Shown in pieces: positions 26,059 to 35,242 of a DNA stretch of 39,757 nucleotides. A program made the translations under genes and the position numbers. Position 1 is the first letter of the stretch. Each line of letters starts with the position of its first letter. The notes beneath the pieces were generated by a model that was not told the DNA's origin, ran no database searches, and was given only the letters and a program-made list of their open reading frames with translations. This DNA is from Patescibacteria group bacterium. GTDB lineage: Bacteria > Patescibacteriota > Minisyncoccia > UBA6257 > GWB1-50-10. Location of the stretch: assembly GCA_030018585.1 (NCBI GenBank), contig JASEHZ010000003.1, positions 1-39,757 on the forward strand. Reading direction: 5' to 3'.

Positions 26059-27081
26059 ATGAAACATCAACTAACCGTCCTCCTTTTAGGGGAAGTTCGA
26101 AGATCGGTCCGCGGTCAAATTTTCCAAAGAAAGCCCTTAAAAAGCGCGCCTCATTATTTTGAGATTTCTGTCCCCAACCAAGTAATTATTAACGAGGATA
26201 AGGTTGATATTGACGGCCGTGAAGTCGTAGTCCAAGTTAAAGGTTATGCGCCCGATATTCTTGTTGTTCAAACGTCTCTGGAAGTACCGAATATTTTCGA
26301 CCGGGAAAGGATAAGTATTCTTGAAACCCATATTTTGGAACACGCTTATGAAATTTTGAATAAAAACGGCGGCAAAAAAGAGACAAGTGAAACTTATTCG
26401 GTTTTCACTGTTTCCGGCTACGAAGGCGACCCCGACCAATTTTTCGTAAATGCCGATATCATCGCTTCTCTTTTAAAATCCGAAAAGTTAAAACTTGATC
26501 CTGATGAAGTAAATTATACTTTAGCGGCTCAAATTAAATACGCAGAAAATGACGCCACGATTATTGACTGGGACGGTGCGTTTATTTTTGACCCCGAAGG
26601 CGATGTTGAAGCGACAATTGAACTTCTAACTCTCGCCAATCTCCAACTTCTACGTTATCGCATTCTTGACCGACAACTTGATGAACGGCTGGAGCACATG
26701 GCTGATCTTGTTAAAATCCCCCAATCAAAATTCTCTTTCCGAGCCAATCCTCAACTCAAAGAAAATCTTAAAAAGGCTCTTAAACACCGGATGGAGTCTG
26801 TAACCAGTTTTAGAACCGTTGAACGGGAAATTAAATTAATCGGCGACTGGTATTCGGCCCGCATTTACGATATTGCTACCAAAAAATTCAAAATCAGCGA
26901 ATGGCGTAATTTGCTGAAAGAAAAAATGGAAGCCATTGAAGGAATTTATTCTATTTTTATAGAGAATTTTACTCTTTCCAGCAAAGATCGGGCTGAATTT
27001 TTACAAATTATTTTATTCTTTATCTTGCAAATTGGCTGGCTAGTGCTTATAATTCTTGAATTTCAATATTTTACGAAATAA
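26059..27081 (+). CDS. Hypothetical protein with C-terminal TM (RMD1/DUF155-like, tentative)
   Basis: 340-aa ORF; IDWDGAFIFD, ANLQLL...LD..LD helical region, terminal hydrophobic helix. Confidence 0.6.
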   Translation: MKHQLTVLLLGEVRRSVRGQIFQRKPLKSAPHYFEISVPNQVIINEDKVDIDGREVVVQVKGYAPDILVVQTSLEVPNIFDRERISILETHILEHAYEILNKNGGKKETSETYSVFTVSGYEGDPDQFFVNADIIASLLKSEKLKLDPDEVNYTLAAQIKYAENDATIIDWDGAFIFDPEGDVEATIELLTLANLQLLRYRILDRQLDERLEHMADLVKIPQSKFSFRANPQLKENLKKALKHRMESVTSFRTVEREIKLIGDWYSARIYDIATKKFKISEWRNLLKEKMEAIEGIYSIFIENFTLSSKDRAEFLQIILFFILQIGWLVLIILEFQYFTK

Positions 27082-27183
27082 AAAATCCCCCAGCCAAGGT
27101 CGGAGGATTATTTAAAATTATTTATAATTCGTCAACTATAATACTCTTTCAATTAAGAATCACAGATTTTTCACAACAAATAC

Positions 27184-27211
27184 TTAACAAATAATTTTAA
27201 AAAGTTATAAT
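27184..27211 (+). promoter_or_regulatory. Possible sigma70 promoter for the ncRNA candidate
   Basis: TTAACA-16 nt-TATAAT. Confidence 0.4.
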
Positions 27212-27233
27212 TCTATCCAGAACTTAAAAATAA

Positions 27234-27475
27234 GGCTTTGGAAGAAAATAAAAAATGATTCCGCGATGCTAGCTTAAAGGAACAGTCTAAACTCATTTTG
27301 TTTTAATGAGGGTTGAAGGTGCGACTTTGCGTTGAATCGGAAAAGCTATTTTGTTTCTGGCCGGAAGATTACAACAATGAGCGCAACCTAAGTATGGACC
27401 CAGAGCGGCCAGAACCCATCAGAATCAAGTTAAGCCCGGAGGCGAAGCAAGATCTGATAAGACTAAACCAAAGCC
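27234..27475 (+). ncRNA. Unidentified structured non-coding RNA candidate
   Basis: GC-enriched ORF-free island with an 8-bp closing stem and at least six internal helices; promoter-like site upstream, hairpin downstream. Confidence 0.6.
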
Positions 27476-27486
27476 CTTTATTATAA

Positions 27487-27517
27487 AAAAGCCGCAGATC
27501 AAAAATCTACGGCTTTT
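27487..27517. terminator. Terminator-like hairpin, possibly bidirectional
   Basis: aaaagccgcagat-caaaa-atctacggctttt. Confidence 0.6.
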
Positions 27518-27556
27518 ATATTTACTTTTAAAAATAGAGGGGTTAAAATATTCAAT

Positions 27557-27931
27557 ATGAAACCGGAAAAATTTGACATTGATCCTACAGCCAGAAAGTC
27601 TGAAATTGTTATTGATGAAGCATTGGAAAAAATAAGAGGCCTTCAGGGCGATGTTGCGGCTATTAAAGGCACCGTAAAAGATTTTATTGTGACTGAAATT
27701 TTAAGAACACAAAATATGAACGGCGAAGAAAAGGCCCATAAATTAGCAAAATATTTGAAAGACGACATAGAAAACTTTATTTTTAATTCCAATAAAGATG
27801 CGGACGAAGAAATTAAAAAAGACACTCTTCAATATCTTCAAAATTACCTCCTAGGAGATGTAGAAAATTTACCCCCCAATAATCCAACACAAAAAAATAA
27901 TGAAAAAGAAAATGATTTCGAAAGCACTTAA
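27557..27931 (+). CDS. Hypothetical protein, probably leaderless
   Basis: 124-aa ORF; TTTACT-17-TAAAAT (27521-27549) lies 7 nt before the ATG. Confidence 0.6.
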   Translation: MKPEKFDIDPTARKSEIVIDEALEKIRGLQGDVAAIKGTVKDFIVTEILRTQNMNGEEKAHKLAKYLKDDIENFIFNSNKDADEEIKKDTLQYLQNYLLGDVENLPPNNPTQKNNEKENDFEST

Positions 27932-27994
27932 ACTTTAAGAATATTATCCGCACTACCCTATCATTGTTTATTTAATATTTATTAAACGGAAGCA

Positions 27995-28032
27995 AAAATA
28001 AAAAGGTTCAATTAATTGAACCTTTTTATTTT
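27995..28032. terminator. Perfect 38-bp palindrome between convergent genes; bidirectional terminator
   Basis: aaaataaaaaggttcaattaattgaacctttttatttt. Confidence 0.65.
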
Positions 28033-29255
28033 CCGATATAGGATCTTATATTTAAATTCCTTAAATTCCGATGATAAGCAATAGCAAAACGATGCGCTTC
28101 ATCACGAATCTTAATTAAAGTTTTTTCTTCAATTCCATCAGGAATTTTTCCGATAAATTTGTTGTTTTTTCTTTTTTTGCCTTTAGCAATGCCAATAATG
28201 GGGGTTTTTAAGCCGGATTCCTGCAAAACAGTTTCCGCGGCATTCACCTGACCCTTCCCGCCGTCAATTAAAATCAAATCAGGCAATTGCCATCCCCCGA
28301 CTGGCAGGAATCTGTTAAGCCGCCTTCGTAAAATCTCTTTTAACATTCCAATGTCGTTGGCTTTTTTAATTGTTCTTATTTTAAAATGACGGTATTCACT
28401 TTTAACCGGTTTGTCGCCTATAAAAACTACCATTGAGCCAACGGCAAAAACTCCTGAAATATTGGAAATATCATATCCTTCAATTCTTAATTCCTGATTC
28501 TTAATTCTTAAATTTTCCACGTCGTTGTCATTAATTAAAGCAATGTCCTGGATATGTTTTAAAGCAAAAATCTGACGTTTAATTTTCTCAGCTTTCTCAA
28601 ATTTAAGATTTTTACTTTGTTTTTTCATTTCGTCTTCCAAAGATTTTATTATTTTTTTCTTTTTGCCTTCTAAAAATAACTTAAACCGCCTGATATTGCC
28701 TAAATACGCGTTTTTATCCACTGCCCCGATACAAGCGCCCGGACACAAACCAATTTCATAATCAAAACAAGGGCGTTTTGATTTATTAACCGATTTCTCC
28801 GGATGAGTATTCCAAGGAAATATGCGCCGCAAAATCCTTAAAGCCTCTTTTAAATTTACTGCTGAAACAAAAGGCCCGTAAATTTTGCTTGATTTAGCAG
28901 ACGCAAGTTCTTTGCCGCGAACCAAAAGCACCCGCGGAAATTCTTCACTCGTAATTTCCACATACAAAAAACTTTTATCGTCTTTTTCTTTGATATTGTA
29001 CGGCGGCTGATATTTTTTAATTAATTCGGATTCTAAAATCAATGCTTCTAAAGCGCTATCGGTTTTTTTATAATCAATCTTCTGTATTTCTTGTACTAAT
29101 TTTTCAATTCTTAAATCATGCGCCCGTTCAAAATACGAAGAAACTCTACGCTTTAAATTTCCAGCCTTGCCAATATATAAAATTTCACCCTGCGCATTTT
29201 TCATTAAATAAACACCCGGCGTTTCAGGTAGTTTTTTATATAAATCTTTTGTCAT
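28026..29255 (-). CDS. uvrC: Excinuclease ABC subunit C, compact form (start reassigned to ATG 29255)
   Basis: LPETPGVYLM...YIGKAGNLKRRVSSYF, RIEGYDISN, PDLILIDGGKGQ, RDEAHRFA; no HhH tail. Confidence 0.92.
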   Translation of the reverse strand: MTKDLYKKLPETPGVYLMKNAQGEILYIGKAGNLKRRVSSYFERAHDLRIEKLVQEIQKIDYKKTDSALEALILESELIKKYQPPYNIKEKDDKSFLYVEITSEEFPRVLLVRGKELASAKSSKIYGPFVSAVNLKEALRILRRIFPWNTHPEKSVNKSKRPCFDYEIGLCPGACIGAVDKNAYLGNIRRFKLFLEGKKKKIIKSLEDEMKKQSKNLKFEKAEKIKRQIFALKHIQDIALINDNDVENLRIKNQELRIEGYDISNISGVFAVGSMVVFIGDKPVKSEYRHFKIRTIKKANDIGMLKEILRRRLNRFLPVGGWQLPDLILIDGGKGQVNAAETVLQESGLKTPIIGIAKGKKRKNNKFIGKIPDGIEEKTLIKIRDEAHRFAIAYHRNLRNLNIRSYIGK

Positions 29256-29313
29256 GGCAAAATTAGTATCTACCAGATAAATATTTTTCTCAAATAAGGT
29301 TCGATAAAAATTT

Positions 29314-29339
29314 AAAACCCCGTTATTGAATGGGGTTTT
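29314..29339 (-). terminator. Terminator-like hairpin overlapping the stop of the Cys-rich gene
   Basis: aaaaccccgtt-attg-aatggggtttt. Confidence 0.5.
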
Positions 29340-29607
29340 GTGTATCTTTTTTCTTAAAAAACACGTGGCATCGACAATTCCCATTTTCTTTTGCTTCTTT
29401 TAATCCTTGTTCGCAGGGACACGGCCCCCGCAAAGGCTCGCAAGGACAAATTCCTCCTTTTTCTAAAATAAACTTTGCCAGACCATAATTTCCAATAGCC
29501 GGATTTTCATAATACTCGCCATGAAGAACTAAACCGTTTTCTGCTGCAACTTTTTGCAACTTTTCTAAAAATTTTTGAATTTCTTCTTCAGATATTACTT
29601 TTTCCAC
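29323..29607 (-). CDS. Ferredoxin-thioredoxin reductase catalytic-subunit-like protein
   Basis: CPC...CPC...CRC spacing matching the CPC/CPC/CHC FTR signature. Confidence 0.7.
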   Translation of the reverse strand: MEKVISEEEIQKFLEKLQKVAAENGLVLHGEYYENPAIGNYGLAKFILEKGGICPCEPLRGPCPCEQGLKEAKENGNCRCHVFFKKKDTQNPIQ

Positions 29608-29681
29608 TGTAAGCCTTTTTAATTATTAAGAATAAACTTGATCTTTGCTAATAAAAATATAATAAATTTATATGTAATTCG

Positions 29682-30830
29682 TCAAATTTTCCCCTTGGCA
29701 ATATCAAGCCTTATTTTTTCTAGCCGGTTATTAAAGAAAAAAAGATTGTGGAATGTTAAAAACTCCGGTCCGGTCGCCTCATGTGCCCGCAAAAGATGAG
29801 TAATATATCCCCGCGAATAATTATTACAAACCAAACAATCACAATTCTTATCAAGCGATTTTTTTTCTACAATACTAGAACTTAAAAATATTGATTTTGT
29901 CATATCTAACCGGCCTTCGGAAGTAAAAGCAATACCATGCCGAGCATAATGAGTGGGTAATGTGCAATCAAAAGTATCAATACCTGATTTCACAACAGAT
30001 AAAATATCATCCGGATGACCAATGCCCAAAAGATGTCGAGGTTTATTTTCCGGCAATTCCTTATTCATCCATTTAAGCATTAAAATCATATCTCTTTTTT
30101 TATTACCAAATTCTCCGCCAATACCAAAACCATTAAACGGCAATGAACCTATAAATTTAGCACTCTCAATACGTAAATCCCTATATCGTCCACCCTGAAC
30201 AATGCCGTAAAGCGCTTGTTTTGATTTTTTCACATTCAAACAAGTTTTTGCCCACGCATGCGTTCTTTTTAAAGAATTTTTTAGGTAAGCGTGTTCGGCA
30301 AAAGGCGGCGGACATTCGTCAAAAGCAAAAATAATATCAGCCTCTAACGCTTCCTGAATTTTTATAGATTCTTTGGGTCCTAAAAATAATTTTCGGCCAT
30401 CAAGATAAGAAGTAAAAAATACGCCGTCGTTTGTGATCTTTAAAAGCTTCGGCTGTTGTCCTTTTTTTATTATTCCTTTAGTTTTACTTTTAACAATTTT
30501 ATTTATTCCAAAATCCTTACCAAAACCCAAACTAAAAACCTGGAAACCGCCGGAATCAGTCATTAAAGGTTTTTTCCAATTCATAAATTTATGAAGACCG
30601 CCATGATTTTTTACCACTCTCTCACCCGGCTTTAAATGAAGATGAAAAGTATTACAAATTAAAATCTGAGTTTTGGTTTTTTTAACTGATTCGGCTGTTA
30701 ACATTTTTACTGCTGCTTGAGTCGCTACCGGCACAAAAGCCGGAGTTTCAACTTCACCATGAGAAGCTTTTAATATGCCCAAGCGGGCATTGCTTTTTTT
30801 GGATTTTTTTAAAATCTTAAACTCAATCAT
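29682..30830 (-). CDS. tgt: tRNA-guanine transglycosylase
   Basis: ETPAFVPVAT, TDSGGFQVFSL, GIVQGG, PRHLLGIG, DTFDC, CDCLVC zinc site. Confidence 0.95.
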   Translation of the reverse strand: MIEFKILKKSKKSNARLGILKASHGEVETPAFVPVATQAAVKMLTAESVKKTKTQILICNTFHLHLKPGERVVKNHGGLHKFMNWKKPLMTDSGGFQVFSLGFGKDFGINKIVKSKTKGIIKKGQQPKLLKITNDGVFFTSYLDGRKLFLGPKESIKIQEALEADIIFAFDECPPPFAEHAYLKNSLKRTHAWAKTCLNVKKSKQALYGIVQGGRYRDLRIESAKFIGSLPFNGFGIGGEFGNKKRDMILMLKWMNKELPENKPRHLLGIGHPDDILSVVKSGIDTFDCTLPTHYARHGIAFTSEGRLDMTKSIFLSSSIVEKKSLDKNCDCLVCNNYSRGYITHLLRAHEATGPEFLTFHNLFFFNNRLEKIRLDIAKGKI

Positions 30831-30839
30831 TCTATTATT

Positions 30840-33407
30840 TTACTTTAAAACTTTCCTTAAGTATTCGCCGGTAGCGCTATTCCCCCTTCTTACTATATAT
30901 TCTGGCGGACCTTCCGCTATTATTTTACCGCCATTTTCTCCGCCGCCCGGTCCTAAATCAATTACCCAATCAGCGGTTTTTATTACATCCAAATTATGCT
31001 CAATTACTACCACAGTATTGCCTCGATTAACTAAACGATCCAAAACATCGAGCAATTTTTTAACATCAGCAAAATGAAGCCCGGTTGTCGGTTCATCAAG
31101 CAAATATAAAGTTTTCCTAGTATCACGCTTAGAAAGTTCGGCAGTTAATTTTATCCTCTGCGCCTCGCCGCCAGATAAAGTAGTCGCTGATTGTCCTAAA
31201 GTTAAATAACCCAAACCCACTTCCTCCAAAACTCTTAACCGGTCATGAAGCCATGGAATATCTTCAAAAAAATCTGCTGCTTCTTCCACAGTCATTTGAA
31301 GAACATCATAAATATTCTTACCCTCGCCCCTCCACTTTTTGCCGGACAAAATGTGGGAGGGTAAATATTCAACTTCCAATGTTTCCCGATCAAAACGCTT
31401 GCCTTTGCAAATGTCACAAACAACATAAACTGTTGGCAAAAAATGCATTTCAATCGCTATCGTGCCGTGACCCTCGCAGTTTTCGCAACGGCCGCCCCGA
31501 ACATTAAAACTAAACCGACCCGGCTTATAACCTCTTACTCGGGCGTCCTCGGTTGCGGCAAATAAATCTCTGATAAAAGTCCAGGCGCCGACATAAGTAG
31601 CCGGATTTGAACGCGGCGTCCTTCCAATCGGCGACTGGTCAATATTAATAATCCGATTGATATATTCCAAGCCCAAAATCGTTTTGTGAACGCCGACTTT
31701 AAAATTCGCGCCGTTGAATTTGTTGGCTAAAGTTTTATACAAAACATCGTAAATCAAAGTGCTTTTCCCGGAACCGGAAACTCCGGTCACGGCCACAAAT
31801 CTCCGAAGCGGAATATTAACATTGATATTTTGAAGATTATTTTCGCTCGCGCCTTTAATTTTTATAAATTCGTGACCGCTAGTCGGTGGATTTGGTACGG
31901 CTCGCCTTTTTTTCGGCACTTCTATAAATTCCTTGCCGCGTAAATAATCTAAAGTTAAAGATTTCTGCTTGTTGTCTTTAATAATTTGAGGAATTGAACC
32001 TTCTGCCACTATAAAACCGCCATGAATACCGGCCCCCGGCCCGATATCAACTAAATAATCTGAAGCGCGGATCGTTTCCTCGTCATGCTCGACCACCACT
32101 ACGGTATTGCCTAAATCACGCAAATCATGAAGCGTGGAAATTAACTTGGCATTATCGCGTTGATGAAGGCCAATAGTCGGTTCGTCAAGAATGTAAATCG
32201 TACCTGTTAATCTTGAGCCGATTTGCGATGCCAGACGAATACGCTGCGCTTCCCCGCCGGATAAAGTGCCGGCCTTTCGATCAAGCGTTAAATAGTCAAG
32301 CCCGACATCAATTAAAAATTTAAGGCGGTTTCTTATTTCTTTTAACGGTAATTCGGCGATTTCTTTAAATTTGCTGTCTTTCAAATTTATCAGTTTTTCA
32401 AAAAAATCAAAACTTTCTGAAATAGAAAAAGCGGTTATGGTCGCAATGTTTTTATCTTTAATCAGAACATTTAGAGATTCTTCTTTTAATCTCTTGCCCA
32501 AACATTTAGGGCATGACGCTTCTGACCAAATTGTTTCCACACCCAAGCCATGACACGCTTCGCAAGCGCCATAAGGACTGTTAAAAGAAAAAAGCCGCGG
32601 TTCAATCTCTGGAAAAGAAAAACCGTCATGCGGACAAGTAAATTTTGCCGAAAGCGAAGTCTCCTCTTCAGTAATAATAGTCACCACATCATTGCCGTAC
32701 TTTAAAGCCGTTTCAATGGCTTCGGAAAGGCGCAACCGATTGTCTTTTTCATTAAAATCAATGCCCGTGGGCATCCGATCAATCACGAGCTCAATTGTGT
32801 GTTGCTTGTATCGGTCAAGTTCAATCCGATCGCGCAAAGAATAAAACTTTCCATCAATGCGAATTTCGGAAAATCCTGAATTTAAAAAATCATAAAGCAT
32901 TTGATAATACTCGCCTTTCCGCCCACGAACAACTGGTGATAAAACTACCATATTCCGGCCGGAATTATTTTGTTTAGAAATATTAATTGCCACATCAACA
33001 ATTTCTTCATTGGTCATTTTTTTTATTTCTTTGCCGCATTTTGGACAATAGGGTTTCCCCACGCGCGCGAAAAGCACACGGAGATAATCGTAGATTTCCG
33101 TTACGGTCGCGACCGTTGAACGAGGATTGTGGGAATGACTTTTCTGATCAATTGAGATTGCCGGACTTAACCCCTCGATTTCATCAACATCCGGCTTATC
33201 AAGCCGACCCAAAAATTGCCTAGCATAAGCAGAAAGAGACTCAATGTAACGGCGCTGACCTTCAGCAAAAATCGTGTCATATGCCAAGCTGGACTTCCCC
33301 GAACCAGAAAGCCCGGTAAAAACTATCATTTTCCCGCGCGGGATTTCTAAATTTATATTTTTCAGATTATGCTCTCTTGCTCCTTTAATTTTTATAAAAT
33401 CGTTCAT
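30840..33407 (-). CDS. uvrA: Excinuclease ABC subunit A
   Basis: GAREHNLKN, TGLSGSGKSSLA, two LSGGEAQRI motifs, zinc fingers. Confidence 0.97.
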   Translation of the reverse strand: MNDFIKIKGAREHNLKNINLEIPRGKMIVFTGLSGSGKSSLAYDTIFAEGQRRYIESLSAYARQFLGRLDKPDVDEIEGLSPAISIDQKSHSHNPRSTVATVTEIYDYLRVLFARVGKPYCPKCGKEIKKMTNEEIVDVAINISKQNNSGRNMVVLSPVVRGRKGEYYQMLYDFLNSGFSEIRIDGKFYSLRDRIELDRYKQHTIELVIDRMPTGIDFNEKDNRLRLSEAIETALKYGNDVVTIITEEETSLSAKFTCPHDGFSFPEIEPRLFSFNSPYGACEACHGLGVETIWSEASCPKCLGKRLKEESLNVLIKDKNIATITAFSISESFDFFEKLINLKDSKFKEIAELPLKEIRNRLKFLIDVGLDYLTLDRKAGTLSGGEAQRIRLASQIGSRLTGTIYILDEPTIGLHQRDNAKLISTLHDLRDLGNTVVVVEHDEETIRASDYLVDIGPGAGIHGGFIVAEGSIPQIIKDNKQKSLTLDYLRGKEFIEVPKKRRAVPNPPTSGHEFIKIKGASENNLQNINVNIPLRRFVAVTGVSGSGKSTLIYDVLYKTLANKFNGANFKVGVHKTILGLEYINRIINIDQSPIGRTPRSNPATYVGAWTFIRDLFAATEDARVRGYKPGRFSFNVRGGRCENCEGHGTIAIEMHFLPTVYVVCDICKGKRFDRETLEVEYLPSHILSGKKWRGEGKNIYDVLQMTVEEAADFFEDIPWLHDRLRVLEEVGLGYLTLGQSATTLSGGEAQRIKLTAELSKRDTRKTLYLLDEPTTGLHFADVKKLLDVLDRLVNRGNTVVVIEHNLDVIKTADWVIDLGPGGGENGGKIIAEGPPEYIVRRGNSATGEYLRKVLK

Positions 33408-33475
33408 TGTTTTTTAAAACAAAACGCATAAATGCCCCTTTCTTAAAACTCTAAGGGGTATGCAATCAAACCTTA

Positions 33476-33618
33476 CCCAGTAGAAGAACTGTGATTACAA
33501 TTCCTCTTTAACTAAAAGATTATATTGTTTTAAAAATAAGAGCAAGTATAAATTAATTTTTGTCTTTAAAGAATCAAAAAAAGAATTGAGCTAAAACTAT
33601 CACAGTTTCTCTACTGGG
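33476..33618. mobile_element. Empty MITE-like element upstream of uvrA, same end type as 6832-6972
   Basis: acccagtagaagaactgtgat (33475-33495) / atcacagtttctctactgggt (33599-33619), 19/21 match; flanks ctta / ttta. Confidence 0.6.
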
Positions 33619-33654
33619 TTTAGAATAAAACATTAAAAAGTCAAACAACTTTAC

Positions 33655-33689
33655 AAAAAAGCCAATCTATATTTAGTTGGATTGGCTTT
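33655..33689 (-). terminator. Intrinsic terminator after the T9SS-tail gene
   Basis: aaagccaatcta / tggattggcttt stem, T6 tail on the minus strand. Confidence 0.7.
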
Positions 33690-33709
33690 AAACAATCTGC
33701 AAATCAATG

Positions 33710-35098
33710 TTATTTCAGCAGCAACATTTTTTTAACTTTAGTATAAGAAATTCTTTGAGTCTCTGCATTCTCTATAATAATTTTATAATAGTAAATGCTC
33801 GATGGAAGACCAGAACCATCAAATTCCATGTCATTAAACCCGCTACTAAACTGTTCCTGTTCAGCTAATATTACAACTTCCTGCCCAAGTGTGTTGTAAA
33901 CCCTCATAGTTACCAACGCATCTTCAGCAAGCTCAAAAGTAATTACTGTCGTTGGATTGAATGGATTAGGATAATTTTGATGCAACGAGAATAAAACTGG
34001 TTCATCATTTGTATTAAACCAAACAAACCGCTTGTAATTTGTAAAAGAAATTGGATTCGCGCTTCGATAAATTCCTCCCAACCCTCCAGCGAATATATAT
34101 CCCAATGGACTGGTAGCAAGCGAAAATACCTGCGGGTTTGAAATAGAAAAACCACTCATCAAAGATTCCTAGGTTACTCCGAAGTCTGCAGTTCTGTAAA
34201 TCTTGAATTCTTCGCCCTCAACCATTTGCACATAAATATTATCGTTCGGATCAATATGCAATACATACCAATGTCTGCCGCCCGTAGGAAAAGAAAGAGA
34301 AATGGGAAGAGGAATTTGTTGAAATTTACGAACCGCATACTGATACCGTATTAATCGATTTCCTTGCACCAAAGCAAAAATATCGCCTTTTGAATTTACT
34401 CCAAGAGCAAAACAATCTCTCGGGTGACGGAATCCCGGTCTGGAAAGTGACCTAAAAACAGTCTTATCACCCGACGATTTCCGAAGAGAATAATGGATTC
34501 CTCTATTTGTCCCAAGATAAACTTTTCCATCTGGATGAAAAAGCATATCACTTAATGATCGAATAGCATACACTTTAAAATCATCTAGCCAAGTATTACC
34601 ATTATCAATTGATGTATAAATTCTGGCGCCAATACGATTTTTCAAAACCCCAAGGAAAAGATGTCCGCTCGAATCTATAACCATATCTACAATAGGCCAC
34701 CAAGGTCGACCATCACGATCCCGTACCCCCGGTGGAGTAACGAGCTCAATCCACGTTATCCCGCTATCGCTAGACCGAAAAAGTCTATGAAAAGTAGCCG
34801 CATAAAGATCTCCATTCTTTTGATTCAACGCTAATTTTCTTACATTTTGCGCAAACATGTTCGTCCACGTTTGCCCATTATCTGAAGAACGCAATATCCC
34901 TCTAAAAGGTATGGCTATTTCACTTCCATCTCCACAAGCAGCGAAAATGTCTCCATTTGGATAAAAGAGAAAATCTTGAACATTCAAAAACGAACTATCT
35001 AATTGTTGCCAGAAATTTACTTGTTGAGCAACTACCATAGAAGACCCTAACCACACAATAACAATAAGTAGCGTTAAAAAAACAACAAAGCATTTCAT
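33710..35098 (-). pseudogene. Secreted BNR/Asp-box beta-propeller protein with T9SS (Por) C-terminal tail, interrupted by an in-frame TAG at 34171-34169
   Basis: SSDNGQTW, SSDSGITW, SIDNGNTW, TADFGVT*; the two ORFs are in frame; tail QNYPNPFNPTTVITFEL...VYNTLGQEV...KKMLLLK. Confidence 0.8.
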
Positions 35099-35242
35099 AA
35101 CTATTCCCTTTCTTTTTATTTTATTAAGTTGTAAATACTAATGCGAAATCACTATAACAACATTAGCAGATGATCTATTAAGATGGTAGTTTATCCTCTA
35201 CCTTTGTCAAATACGAAAAAAGTACAAAACGACCGCAAAAAA

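Noticed and set aside
27310-27445. Lysine or cobalamin riboswitch, raiA motif or RNase P identity for the ncRNA candidate
   Set aside because: Only short motif resemblances (AGGTGCG, GCCGGAAG, CAGAACCC); core consensus elements and gene context do not fit
29256-29384. N-terminal extension of UvrC in the ORF track
   Set aside because: Overlaps the upstream gene and its hairpin; homology begins at MTKDLYKKLP
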